Both the position numbers and the translations under genes were made by a program. 44,456 nt of DNA from Basidiobolus meristosporus CBS 931.73 (Eukaryota > Fungi > Basidiobolomycota): contig MCFE01000694.1 of NCBI GenBank assembly GCA_002104905.1, positions 1 through 44,456 of the forward strand. The letters run 5' to 3'. The notes under the pieces were generated by a model. The model worked only from the letters and a program-made list of their open reading frames with translations. It had not been told where the DNA came from and made no database searches. Positions 1 through 11,839 of this stretch are shown in pieces. Positions within the stretch are counted from its first letter, which is position 1, and each line of letters begins with the position of its first letter.

Positions 1-595
1 CACAATTCTTTAAGATAATGTAGGATATGTATGAGTAGGTAGAATCCAAGTTTTCATGATAGGCTATGCACATACAAGTTAGACATTATCTCATAGGTAG
101 GCTATTGAGAATAGCTTAGTTAACTTGGCTTACTGTCCTACAAATGAAATGGTAGCAAGCATATTTCCAAATCACTAGGTAGAGATAAATTTAAACATAA
201 CAGATCACAATCTGGCCTAGTGACTATTCATATTTAGCTGGGTGGGTGTGGTAAATTTTGTGATTGCACCTAAGTATCTAACTAACTTTGTCACTTAAAT
301 TGTTACCTGAAAATCTTGGCAAAGCTCTGACCAAGTTCCTTATCAGGATTTACCCAAAAGTATTTTCACCAAAACATCAGGTACCCAGAACATAAAATTT
401 CTCAAGGTTGTCCCAACATCCTCACACTCTGTACACATTCTCTTGGGAGCCTTCTAAGCATATTTCAAGTGTTTGCTTTGCCATGACCATGTCAAAGTAT
501 ATATACCATGCCTATATTTGACAAACCACTAAGTGAAACCAAATAATATACCTGTTCTCTTGAGCACTTCCAATATCTCCAAAACTCTTACAGCA
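1..595 (+). mobile_element. Degenerate Ty1/copia 3' end: RNase H remnant (1-~235), polypurine tract, LTR 247-595
   Basis: Aligns by eye with the RNase H end, PPT and LTR of the element at 35638-40303. Example: 'caatatctccaaaactcttacagca' vs 'caatatctccaagactcttacaaca'. Many substitutions and stops. Confidence 0.85.
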
Positions 596-599
596 TTTT

Positions 600-885
600 T
601 GAGGTGCACAGTGGTGGCTACCATTCAGCCTATGAATCTATTGGATAATTCTTGATCATGATATTAGATCTATCCATGTCAATTATAGAACTGTTGCACA
701 TTCTGACACTATGCCTTTGCCATAGGGAGTATGGTGTAAGTCTCTGGCTTTGTACCATCAATTTGCAGGCATGATTGAAGAGCTTTGAGTTACTCCTCCC
801 ACCCATATCAGAGCAAATTTTGTTGATTTACTCAGTTTTATCACTCTCCACCTATAGTCCAGTAGAATCTCCACTGTGTACACCA
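600..885 (-). mobile_element. Degenerate copia integrase fragment
   Basis: Resembles the minus-strand integrase region at ~44040-44320 ('ggagtatggt', 'aatttgcagg', 'cagagcaaattttgttgattt'). Boundaries approximate. Confidence 0.7.
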
Positions 886-1260
886 TGCTATATTGCAAAG
901 GAGCAATCTCATGGAACTCAAGAGAACACTTTGCACCACAGAGGGAGAGTTTATATCAGTTTGCAAGGAAGCAAAGAAAATAATGTGGCTGAGAAATCTC
1001 TTCAAAGATTTAGCTCTATTATACAGATTCCATGCCACTATATTTCAAGATATATAAGGATGTTCACAAATAGATCAAAGTCCAACATTTAATGCCAGAG
1101 CTAAGCATATAGATGTTAGACACTACTTCACCCAGGATGCTATAGAGGATAACTTGGTGAAACTAGTTGAATGTCCCACTCAATAAAGCAATTGTAAATA
1201 TATTCACAAAACCAATAGTTAGAGACAAGTTTAATTATCACAACTGGGATTAGTAGCTAT
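886..1260 (+). mobile_element. Degenerate copia RNase H fragment
   Basis: Translates as YC/IAKGAISWNSR, MWLRNLFKDL and FNARAKHIDVRH, with indels. Matches 39545-39930. Boundaries approximate. Confidence 0.8.
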
Positions 1261-1273
1261 AGGTACTTATTAG

Positions 1274-1622
1274 TGTGCTAAGAGTCTTAGAGATATTGGA
1301 AGTGATGGGAGAACAAGTAGATTATGTGGTTCTCACATGATGATTTATTGAATGAAAAAGTAGTATTTATACTTTTACATGGTCTTGGCATAAAAAGCAC
1401 TTAAAATATGTTTATAAAGGTCTCAAGAACATGTGTGCAAAGTTTGGGGCTGTTTGGACAGCTTTGAGCATTTTCATGTTCTGGGTAACTGATATTTTGG
1501 TGAAAAGATTCCAAGTAAATCCCGACAAGGAATTTGGTCAGGATGCTCTGAGATTTGTAGGTAATGATCTAAGTGACTAAGTTAGGTGAATATTTAGGTG
1601 GAATTCCGAATTTTTTACAACA
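1274..1622 (-). mobile_element. Degenerate copia LTR (long variant), inverted
   Basis: TGTGCTAAGAGTC...TTTTTACAACA is the reverse complement of the family LTR. No matching TSD (attag/gattt). Confidence 0.9.
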
Positions 1623-2977
1623 GATTTTGGAATGGTCTTTGGACAGGTTCGGCCCATCGATTTTGGATGGGGAAAGCATCCCCAGGAAGAGTAGATGGTA
1701 TCACTGGTTTAGATCCGAATGGCCTCTGGTAAAGCAAAATGGAGTATTCATGGGGCAGTCTAGATGCGCCACTGTCCTAGAGACACTTACTTTGGTGCAT
1801 GGGAGCTGGGATTAGGACTGTGATTGTTTTTTGCTTGGGAGTCAGACTTACATGAGGGCCAATGGTCCAGGATCGAAGAAGGGTGCCACACACACATCAT
1901 GTAGTGCTAGTGGGCCGCATTACAGCGAACAAGACTGGGATCGTAGGGAGCTTGGGATGGGCCTGAGGAGGGATTCTAAGCATGGGAGGTCATACAGGTC
2001 CAGCAACAACCAAGAGACCAACTGATCCCTGGAGGGTAGGTTACCCCACAACTGTTACCAATCCATGCCTTACATGGTTGGTTTAAGCACCGCAAATTCT
2101 GGGATTCAACCGGAGATCCCAAGGTGGGGAAGCTTCCCGACGGGTGGTGGACAGAGCCCGCGTATGCCTAAGCTCCCTGGGGATCAAAAGTGGCGATCTG
2201 GTCAGCAGCGCCCCGGGCGAGTCCCCGAACGGCTGCCCGCTCTCTCTCTCTCCCTCCCCCCCCCCGACTACCTCCAAAAAAAATACCAACCGAACCTGGA
2301 CGTCTACCGGTCAACCCTGGTGGATTTTGGAGGGGATCGGGCTGCCACCTGGTGGATGAAGTATCTAACATCGACCCGGGGCTATTTGATCCATCCACAC
2401 TGGAACAAATCATCAGTACACAAGGAGGTAACTAACCCTAAGGTCAGACCAACGATTAACCTCATCCGCCCCCGAACCAGATCTCTGGATGGTTACCCTT
2501 CTTGTTTTCACATGACTTCATTCAGCCAATACCCCTCCTTTACCAAAGGAGCGGGTTGGTGGGGGGGGGGGAACACGCGTCATCCACCACCCGGCCAACC
2601 TTCTTGAGAGGGCACCCCCTGTCCAGGCGTTTACGGCAGAACCGGTTTATTTTTGTTTGTTTGTTTGGAGTTTTTTTCGAGAGGGAGTGGAGAGAAGGAA
2701 ATACATGTACATATAGCTATATATATTAGGTATATATCTATATAAATCGACTGAAATATGGGACTGAGAATCAAAAATACACACGAATTTCGGGGGTGGA
2801 CCAATCTCCGGGCGTGGAAGAAAGGGCGACATGGAGCGGCCGGTACGGAGCATCGCGAGGGTGGCGGTAAAAGCGAGGGGGAAGGGGGCGCGCGGGGGCG
2901 AGTGTGAGGTCAAGGTCGGGTCAAAATCGAGAGTGAAGAAAGCGGGATGACGGTGGACACCAGGTGGTGGGGGAGCC

Positions 2978-5486
2978 CTAAGCCTGGTGCTTCATGAGGT
3001 TGAAGGTGGGCTGGTTGGCCTTGAGGTTGGAATAGAAGTTGGGAACATTGGCCGGGATGGACTCGTTGGTGTTCACCGGCACCGGCACCGGGACATGGTT
3101 CCGGTTGAGGGGGACATTCTCCCCCGATTTTTCCCCGGCCAGCTCGGGATTCCCCGGGAAACGCACGTCCATCCCGCCGTCGTATTGGCCCACGTACTCG
3201 TTCCACTCGTCGAAGTCGAACGAGAGCGGCACGTTCCAGATGGGAAGGAAGTTTCCTTGGGGGTTGCTGTTGTTGAGCACCTGGGCGAAGCCGCTCTGGG
3301 AGTTGGCCGACATCTCGGTGATGGTGTTGGTGGGCACGATGGGGTTGAACCCGGCGGTGGAGATGGAATACGGCCCCAATGGGGAGATGGTGGTGGGGAT
3401 GGCTCCGGGTTGAGCGTTGGGTGCAAAGGCCATGGGAACCTGGTTGGGGAATTCCGAGGACATACGTGGCGGATACATATTGTCGGACATCTGAAGGGGG
3501 CTCACCCCCGCATCCCCCATGGAACCAGTCGCTTGGCCCAGAGGGAACTGGTTGTTTCCTGGCAGGGGGTTCGAGGCACCGTTGGCCAAAACAGGGCTCG
3601 GCTGGGTGACTTCATCGTCGTCCAGTTGCATCCCTCTGGCGTCGAGTAAACTCTTCAGCACGACGTAGTACTTGCCCGCGCTACCCCATCGGCCTCTCAC
3701 CATCTCCAGGATCTTGAGGTTCTTGCTTAGACTTTTCTTGGCGGACTTTCGTAGCCAGGGATCGTTGGAGGTGGCGTTGATGAGGTGAACGGTGCTCGAG
3801 GTGAACATGGGGAACAGCACCAGGACGAGGAACTCCTCGCATTCGGGTTTTCCGTGGCAGGCACCGGCGATGGCGGTGATGCTGTTCGCGGAGGTGGTGC
3901 AGATGTGCAAGGATGGATACGGGGAGGGAAGGACCTTGGGCTTAGGCTTGGGGATGTAGGGACGGTGAAGCAGGATCAGCGCGTTGTGGTACAGGATGTG
4001 GATGTAGGCCACAAGCGGAGCGGCAGGTGGGATGCCCGCGAAGTATTCGGACGGCTCGTACTTCATGCTACTCGGCAAGGATACTTGCCAGGTGTGCAAT
4101 GCCGAATCCAGTTCCAACAGGATCGACTCGCTTCGGATGGGGTTCTCGGTGGAGGTCCCACGAATGGCATAGATGTTGTTCAAGATCGACCCAATGATCT
4201 CATAGAGTTTCACAGACTGAACAAACACCTTCATGCAGTATCCGGCTTCTGGGTCGGACATCACCTGAGGCGAATCCAACTCGACCTGGGGAATGGTAGG
4301 ATAGTTCGTATCGCAATGCCTGTCGTCAATGCAAAGCGGTCTTCCCATCGAGGCACTGGCGGTACGATCAAGGATGTAGCAGGCCCACCAGACACGCTTG
4401 CGAGTTTCCCTGACCTCGCTAGAAAGTCGCTGGGTTTGCCACGAGTCCGGGTTTCTGTGCAATCCCAAATCCTCGGCAAGACGAATGGCCATTCCGCTGT
4501 AGATCCAGGACTTGATACCACCGTGGGTGATTCTGAAGCAGATCGAGAGTAGAACCAAAGCCTGGACGTTCGAGAGAGAGGTGACGTCGTAGGACTCGTT
4601 CAATAGCTGCTTCGCTCGACTGTAAAACACCTCGAAGCGAGCGTTCTCCTTGTGCAGCCATTCCCTCTCCCTGGACAGGTTGGAGGCCAGGGCGAAGATG
4701 GAGTTGAGTAACAGCTTGGACACTCCGTGGACGCTTTTTCGAAGCTCCCCATAGAAATGGGCCTTGTGGAGTAGGGGGAAGAACGGGTTGACGAAGGTGA
4801 AGTAGACTTCTAGCAAATGCTCGAACACCGGTCCGGAGGGGAGTAGATCGGCTCTGTCTTCGGAGTTCTCCTGGTTGGATGGCTCTTGGATGAACGACCG
4901 GAGCGAGTCGAAGGAGTCCTCGGTTTTCACGTTCTCCTGTAGGAGGTAAAACCCTGAACTGCCGCCCATATATCTCACACGGCCGTGGTCGTCGAAAGGT
5001 GAGTTGGCTCGTCTCATCGCCCAGCGAGTCTACTGCCGGGTCAGGGACCAGGCTCTCTTGAGGGCTACTCTTTGAAGAACTGCTAAGAGGAGAAGTGCAC
5101 CCCGAATCTGGGGAACCCTTGGAGCGGTTGTGTGGGTTTCGGAAGCGTTCGGTAGACTTATTGGAACGTTGTGAATGAATGATGGCTGTGGAATCGTCGA
5201 TCTCGATTTTACGAAGCTCGGCCATGATGTTTTCGGCGACGCGAGGATCACTCTGAGCGAGTCCGCCCAGCAGGTGCTCCATGCGGTGCAGGCGGTTTTC
5301 GATGGCCTCGATGTATCCTTTGGGAGGCCCCCGCTTTTTGGTCACATCAAGATATGTACATTCGATATTAAGAACTTTACAATGGCCGCAACACGGCTGC
5401 ACCCCGTCACAGCGGACCTTCTTTCGCCGACAGTGGTCGCAAGCACGGCTGACACGCTGTCGCTTGTGCTCGTCCGTATTAGTCAT
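2978..5486 (-). CDS. Zn2Cys6 binuclear-cluster transcription factor with fungal-specific middle homology domain; one +1 frame junction at 4995-4997
   Basis: N-terminal RACDHCRRKKVRCDGVQPCCGHCKVLNIECTY zinc cluster. The +1 frame holds RYMGGSSG, YFTFVNPFFPLLHK and ETRKRVWWACYILDR..ASMGRP. The two halves join only if one base is skipped at ACC TTT CGA. Confidence 0.9.
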
Positions 5487-7264
5487 TTGTGTGGGCTAAC
5501 CTTATGATGGTTTTATCTGTACAAACACTCCGGAGGATTGTGCGAAGTGGGGATGGAAGTGGGAGCGACTGGATCAAGGGGAGATGGGACGGTTCCGGGG
5601 GAAGAGAGTAGATCGTAGATATGAACAAGTGGGATCTATATCAACGAGAGTACTGGTCAAAGTACAACACTGTAGTTCAGCTGCGAAGTGAGATCTATGC
5701 GCAAAAATCCATGGGAAGCGGGAACTTATTAATCAGTCAAGCAGCCCCTCGATGTGGATTTCCCAACCCTAGAAATGAACCACTCTGCCATATGCGGTAA
5801 TTCCCGCTGATGATAGAAATTTCGGTCATGCTAATCAATGGATCCCTCGCGAATCGCCACCCAATCTCGTCGTTATGAAAGGGAGGGCTTGGGAAGCAGT
5901 GACGTCGTTTTGGAAGTGTACGGGCATCCGTGGCAGGTGAAAGGGGGAACGGTTTAACCCTAATCCAAATATAGGGCGATGATTGTGCAGCCCAGCAGTG
6001 TAGCCTCGGTGATGGAACTTCTTTGGATCGAAGCAAACCGTATCTGTACTAGCTCCCCTTGATCGCTGTTTCCAGCGGCAATTAGATTTCCCGAAATGAC
6101 GTTTCGGTACCTTCCGGCCCACGTGGGTGTTTGTGATCGAGGTCTAGATTACTCCTAGCCGATATATTAGGCACATTAACCGATGAGCACAAGCAGATTA
6201 CCGCAAGAAGGTATCTTCGCTTATAGGTAATTTTGAGGTTGACCACAAAAAGGTATCTGCGCATATGGGTAGATTTGAAGTTGACCTCAGAAATGATCCA
6301 TCCCAAAAGGCTTGTTTAGGGAATAATCCACCCTATATACACCCGAAGAATCTAGAGAGCTAGGGATGGTCCATTTTTGGCCTCCATCCACTTTGGTCCA
6401 TTGTTTGTAGACGGCTGACATGTTCGTGAGTATATGGTTAGGGGCTTCCGGTGTGCTCTAAATATGTGGCAAGCACTCATGTTACTTTTGGGAGCCGGAT
6501 CCAGGACCAATTGCTTCGCCAAAACCTTATAGCAAATACGAGGGTGTGGGTCGATTTGATGCTGCTTCACCACATTCCGTGTAACCGGACTTGAAGAAGG
6601 GTTGACCACGCGGACTCAAGAACGGACAGGGGTGATGTTCATTTTGGGATTGGGTATTGCTCTAGAATGAACTATCAATACGATCAGGGCCAATCTCTGT
6701 GTGAACCAAGATGCAAAGCCTTGGAGCTAGCACCAGTGGATGCTCGAGTCGAGATGAAAACAACACCAGGAATGGCGTAAATGCCTCGGGTCAGAAAGGG
6801 AAATGGTAGAATTGTGTGAAAATCAACCCAACTTGGGGCTAATACGGATACTTTCGCTGGTGCTGGCGGAGAAATTCGGCAAGTTGATAACGCGATTAGA
6901 TCGCGGATGCGACAACTTCTCTGAACCTTCCAGTAGCCACCATCTCATCAGATTTGGCCTTCGTTGAATGAATCTGTGCTCCAAAAACTCCCCCTGGCAT
7001 CCAATGGATCGTGATTAAGGTTACTGACATCTGCTTAGTAGAACCTTCTATATAAGCATAATGACTAGCACCGATAATGCGAATTTCCACGAAAGCGATT
7101 TAGGTTAAACCTTTCTAGCCAGAGAATTATCGTCTAAAAGTAGGTTTAGGTTCGCACTTAAAATAACCTTGAAATCTAAACACGATGGAGAAACCCTGAG
7201 GATAAGTATTTTGGACATGAAAAATTTCGCCGATTTCAGTCTTGCTGAGATACCCACCATCCCA

Positions 7265-7884
7265 ATGGCGAAAATAACTGAACTTGACAACCAAGTCAAA
7301 CACAAGCCTCGTCCACGCAAGCCTCTCATAGATGACATTCCTGAGGCGGAGAAGCATCGCATCATCGAGGAGACCGGCATCTTGAAGCAGGTGAAGATCC
7401 CGAAGCCAGAAAACCAGCCACCCCCAGAAGGCTACTTCTTACAGGCCGTGTTGTTCACCATTCCTTTCACCTTATTGTTTGGTCTTTTCGAGGCCTTAGT
7501 GTATCAACAATACAATAACGAGGTGACGATCGCTATGATCTGCAAGAAGATGGTGAAGGTGTTCCCAGGTAAAGTCCATTCTGTTTTGCTCCCACTTGGA
7601 CGACACTAAACCAACCCTCTGTAACAGGCCTGCTCTTGATCATATTCATCACTTGTCGCTTCCGTGATCTAAAGTTGATGACCCCCGCCCTGACTGTGAT
7701 CGGTGCTATCTCAGGGTGCTACCTATTGCATGTGCTCTACAACGATCCGGCCTTTGGGGTTATGATGCGTTGCCCAGGCTTGGCAACCTTCTGGATTTAT
7801 TGCATCTTTCAACTGGATCTGATCCCCTGCCTTATCAGTCTGTTGCCCGTGGGAGCCTACTATTATTTCTATTATCATGTATGA
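7265..7884 (+). CDS. Conserved-looking fungal multi-pass membrane protein of unknown function, 2 exons
   Basis: Intron 7569-7627 (GTAAAG...TAACAG) joins the two track ORFs in frame (VFPG|LLLIIF). Several hydrophobic segments. Start could instead be the ATG at 7217. Confidence 0.75.
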
Positions 7885-8413
7885 TTGGAAGACAACTCTT
7901 CAGTAAAGGAAACCATTTCCCTCTGATGTCGTGTGTTGTTCGTGCGCTGTAGGTATTTCTCTAGTAAAGGTATTTCCTTTTCTCCTTGCCACTTGGCTCT
8001 TGTCTCATATCGCTAACTCTGGTATCCAGTCCAATGATGCAGTGTGCAGCCAACTGCAGACAAGCCGCCGCCTGGGCAGATACAGACTATGGTAAGTTGG
8101 TTTCTCCACTGGATTTCGGGTTATTGAAATTGGGGACTTGCCAAGAGGAATCTTGCGTTCACTAACATTGTGAAGTCCCATCCGACGTAACCCAAGAGTA
8201 AAAGATACATGACCTGCTGAAGACCTGACATATTGAATATCGTGTTCATGGACAGATACCTGGCCAACAATCTCGTCGTCGGTTTCCACCCTAGATTTTA
8301 CTAACTTTATTCATATTTAGCTACAATTCGGAGATGCCGGTGATTAGGTTAGACGAGCAGATGCTCCCCAAACCCAACCCCCATCTTGGTTAATAAATAC
8401 TGGTTATGTGAAA

Positions 8414-9290
8414 TTAATAGCTCGCTTGCGGGACAAAAAACGGCTAATGAGGCCATAGTTAGTAGGCTGGCGAAGGGGCAGTGGGCGTTGCTTACCTCTA
8501 GATCGTCAAATGCCGACAGCCTGGGAATCTCCGGAAGCCCGAAAGGGTTGCCCAATAGAAACCCGGTCCGTAACAAGCTATTTGTTGTTTGGAATAATGT
8601 GGAGTAACGATTCGGTATATTTTTGCCCTGGTGCAGCGTCAACAGATCCTGCAGAAGTTCAGGGTTCTCCAGGAGCACATCTTTGCTTAGTTTGGGAACG
8701 GCTAGATCCGGATCCAGCGTCTATATGGGTGAGTGGGAATGGGAGATATGGGTGAGAGTGGGAATGGGAACAGCTGATGAGATTTCCATATTTCGACATC
8801 ACTCACCATCATCATTCCGGTGGAGTTGTCGAAGCTGATATGCGCGGTGTGGTTGAAGTTGGTGGGATTTGACACCCCCTTCATGGGCGATCGCTAGGGA
8901 GACTCGAGTTCAGGCTGGGGCTCAACCCTATGACAGAAGGAAAGATACCTTGTAGATGGCGTCCATCCAGGACCACATTTCACCGTCCGATTTGAAGCTG
9001 ACGAACAGCGTTTTGAGTCCAGTGACCACCTTGATGCAGTAGGCTCGGCTACCGCAGCGCTCTAGATCTCGGATCTCTTCGAAAAACAAAGTCTCCAGCA
9101 CCTTCGCCTCGTTCTAGTCAGACAGGGTGAGTCGTGTGGGAACATCGAAGGGATGAATCGGTCGAACCTGTGGTTTATGGATAGTGATACACGTGTTCTT
9201 GAGCATAACCAGGCGCTTCGACCACAACCAGCTACCCATGCCTACTCCGCGAACCGACAGATAATCGCGCTTAATCGCCTCCATGGTCAT
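8414..9290 (-). CDS. PH + CRIB/PBD protein resembling the Cla4-type PAK N-terminus, with no kinase domain (209 aa, 5 exons)
   Basis: Exons 9290-9168, 9113-8949, 8893-8807, 8720-8496 and 8443-8414, with four phase-0 GT-AG introns (the last has a TACTAAC branch point). PH-like motifs SWLWSKRLVML and FKSDGEMWSWMDAIY. CRIB motif VSNPTNFNHTAHISFD. TAA stop at 8416-8414. Confidence 0.85.
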
Positions 9291-10030
9291 GGCGGATGCT
9301 GGGAAATGGGGAGGCGTAGTGGCTGTACTGGAAGTGGTCGATGGATGTCTGTTCATCTTTGCCAGCTATCAGATAGAAGGGCCTGAGGTATGCTTGGGGT
9401 ATAATGTTTACAGACAATGGTTATGGGCAACGCTAACTCTAGATGAAGCAAAGGGAGGTTTCTGTTGAGAAATCCTCCAAACAGCGCGGCTTTTTAATCA
9501 ATCCAAATGTAGATGAAGCGTGCCACTTGCTCCAACTCCTACTTTTCTCACGCCGTTCATTCCCCACACAAAGTGGCTTGTTGGATGCACGGCGACGTGG
9601 TGCAGCATTGATTAGTTTTTACCGAGCACGCTCTGGCTGCACGTCGCTTCCTTCAAACACTTGTCCAAGTAGCGAGCTGATGCCTTCGGAGTTAGCTCAG
9701 ACAGACGACACACTTGTTTCAATTGAAAATGTCGTACGACAGTCTTGTTGGGTTCTTGGTTTGACAAACTGGTTCCGAGGGCTCTGCATATTTTTCCCCT
9801 GCTATCGTTGGTCAATGATCTCCGTTTCGAATAGACTTTTGGGTGGAATTTCATTTGGTGGGGGCCAATCAGATGAGCTCCCACTGTACAATCACTGATA
9901 TTTATGGCAATTTGACAGGTTAAGGTTGGAGAGTAATTCTATTTGAGAAATAGGAGTGTCACAAAGAAACTGTGCTGACAATGTAAATAGCTCTCCTGAG
10001 CGCATCGAATCTCACTCCTGTTCGAGTACC

Positions 10031-11280
10031 ATGGATGAGCACCAGGTAAGGCCAACAATCAGGGCCCCTTTTGCCTTGCTGAAGAACCGAAGGTTTTTGC
10101 TTGCATTCGCCCTCGGCCAATATTTGTCGCTATGCACCACTTCAACCAGCATGGTGAGCACCGAGCTTGCAACCCGGAAAAAAGTCAACATCCCAACCAC
10201 ACAGAGTTTCCTGGTTTACCTTGGATTGGCAGTGGTCTACTTCTCTTATAGTTTCTACAAGATTGGCCTTTCTGGTGTCTGGGAAAACATGAAGAAAAGC
10301 TGGTGGAAGTGTACGTTTTTCCCCAACTACCACTTGAGCCACTTCTTCCTCGCTAACCAGGTGTTCTTCACTCTAGACCTGCTGTTGGCGGTAATGGATG
10401 TCGAGGCAAACTATTTTACGGTCAAGGCTTTCCAATACACTTCTATGCTGAGTATCATGCTACTTGATGTGTGGGCTATACCTGTAGTTATGGTGCTGAG
10501 TTTTCTACTACTGAAGACCCGGTACAGACTTGCCCAATATGTGGGAGTAGCAGCCGCCTTGGTGGGTATAGGGCTGCTCATTCTATCTGATGTGCTGGCC
10601 AATCGGGTTTCTTCAGGTGGTTTTCGATTCCATTAAGCTATCAAGCAGTATATGCTAAGTTCAAACTCTTCCATTAGATGGGGATTCTGTGAAAGGGGAC
10701 CTATTTTGTCTTCTTGGTGCCACGTTGTATGGATTTACCAACGTTACCGAGGAGTACTTTATCCGCAGCCGGCCGTTATACGAGGTCATTGGGATGCTTG
10801 GATTCTTTGGGACCATTGTAAACGGAATTCAACTGTAAGTCGTTGTGAAGACTGGCCAGAAACATGGACTAAACCCGAACTTTCTTTTGCTTTAGGGTGA
10901 TTCTGGAGCGATCGGAACTGGTTGGCATCGTGTGGGATGGGGAAACTGGTAGGTTCTGTTGGCATGGGTGAGTGCAGAGCTTGGTTACTAACTACTGCAC
11001 GTCAGTTGGCTTGATCATCATATTCAGCATATTGCTATTTTCGTTCTACTCCGTTGCCCCCATATTGTTCCGTCTCAGCTCGTCCACCTTCTTCAATATA
11101 TCCATGCTGACCTCGGACTTTTATGGACTGATATTGGGCTTGATCGTTTACCACTATACCATTCACTGGCTATACCCCATTGCCTATGTAGTTATTATCT
11201 GCTCCATAATCATTTATAATTTAACATCTGCCTCCACTGACGACTTGGCCAAGAGACATGATCACACTGAACCAGCATAA
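10031..11280 (+). CDS. SLC35F1/F2-like drug/metabolite-superfamily transporter, 4 exons
   Basis: Motifs LGQYLSLC, IPTTQSFLVY, DVEANYFTVKAFQYTS, GDLFCLLGATLYGFTNVTEE and SMLTSDFYGL. Three GT-AG introns keep the frame. Confidence 0.9.
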
Positions 11281-11839
11281 CTCACTAACCAGAATCGAAG
11301 TCATAATAAACGATTGTATACCGGATCTAGCCTTGACCAAGATTCTACACGATGAAGGCGCATTTTTGCCAGCTTCATTATTATTGTATATATATATATA
11401 TGCCCTGTAAGCTTATCCTAGCTCACAGTCATCATAGCTTTGGAATTGCCGCCTTGAATTCACTTGATGCGCCACCCCACCGTCGAATAATGCTGATTAA
11501 ATTTAAGTGATTTCGTAGTTCTGGTTCTGGTACTTCTACCGGGCCCACATCACAACCAACCATACCCCCTAGACAGGTTGACACACCCCTGGTGTAACCG
11601 AAACTCCACTTAGCCAAGCAAGTTGTATCCCCTTGAGCTAGCTTGATTCTGTAAAAGATGCCATTCTATCCGGAGATATCGGTAGAAAAATCCCGCCAAA
11701 TTCGGTACCCACGGCTTCGGTACTCACGACTCGATTGGTTGATTAGTAGGTGGGATTTTGGGTGAGATTTTGGGTGGGATTTTTGATAACCTTATAACGC
11801 GCTTAACAGGGCAGCTTCAGAGGTTAACTAAATAACATC

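Noticed and set aside
2065-2607. 180-aa ORF and overlapping short ORFs in GC/CT-rich DNA
   Set aside because: No recognisable motif, runs through homopolymers, and no convincing splice structure. Left unassigned.
2987-4552. Long antisense ORFs (220 aa, 255 aa) and the ~190-codon zero-frame continuation in the transcription factor
   Set aside because: Shadow frames are expected from high third-position GC, which removes stops from alternative frames.
5030-5210. Intron as the explanation for the transcription-factor frame junction (CTGAC branch-like motif before TAG at ~5033)
   Set aside because: Every GT I tested gave an intron of 3n or 3n+2 length, and 3n+1 is needed. Later AGs are GAG rather than YAG.
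8005-8289. 94-aa minus-strand ORF as a possible kinase exon of the PH-CRIB gene
   Set aside because: No GxGxxG, VAIK, HRD or DFG motif, far too short, and it lies beyond the spliced stop codon.
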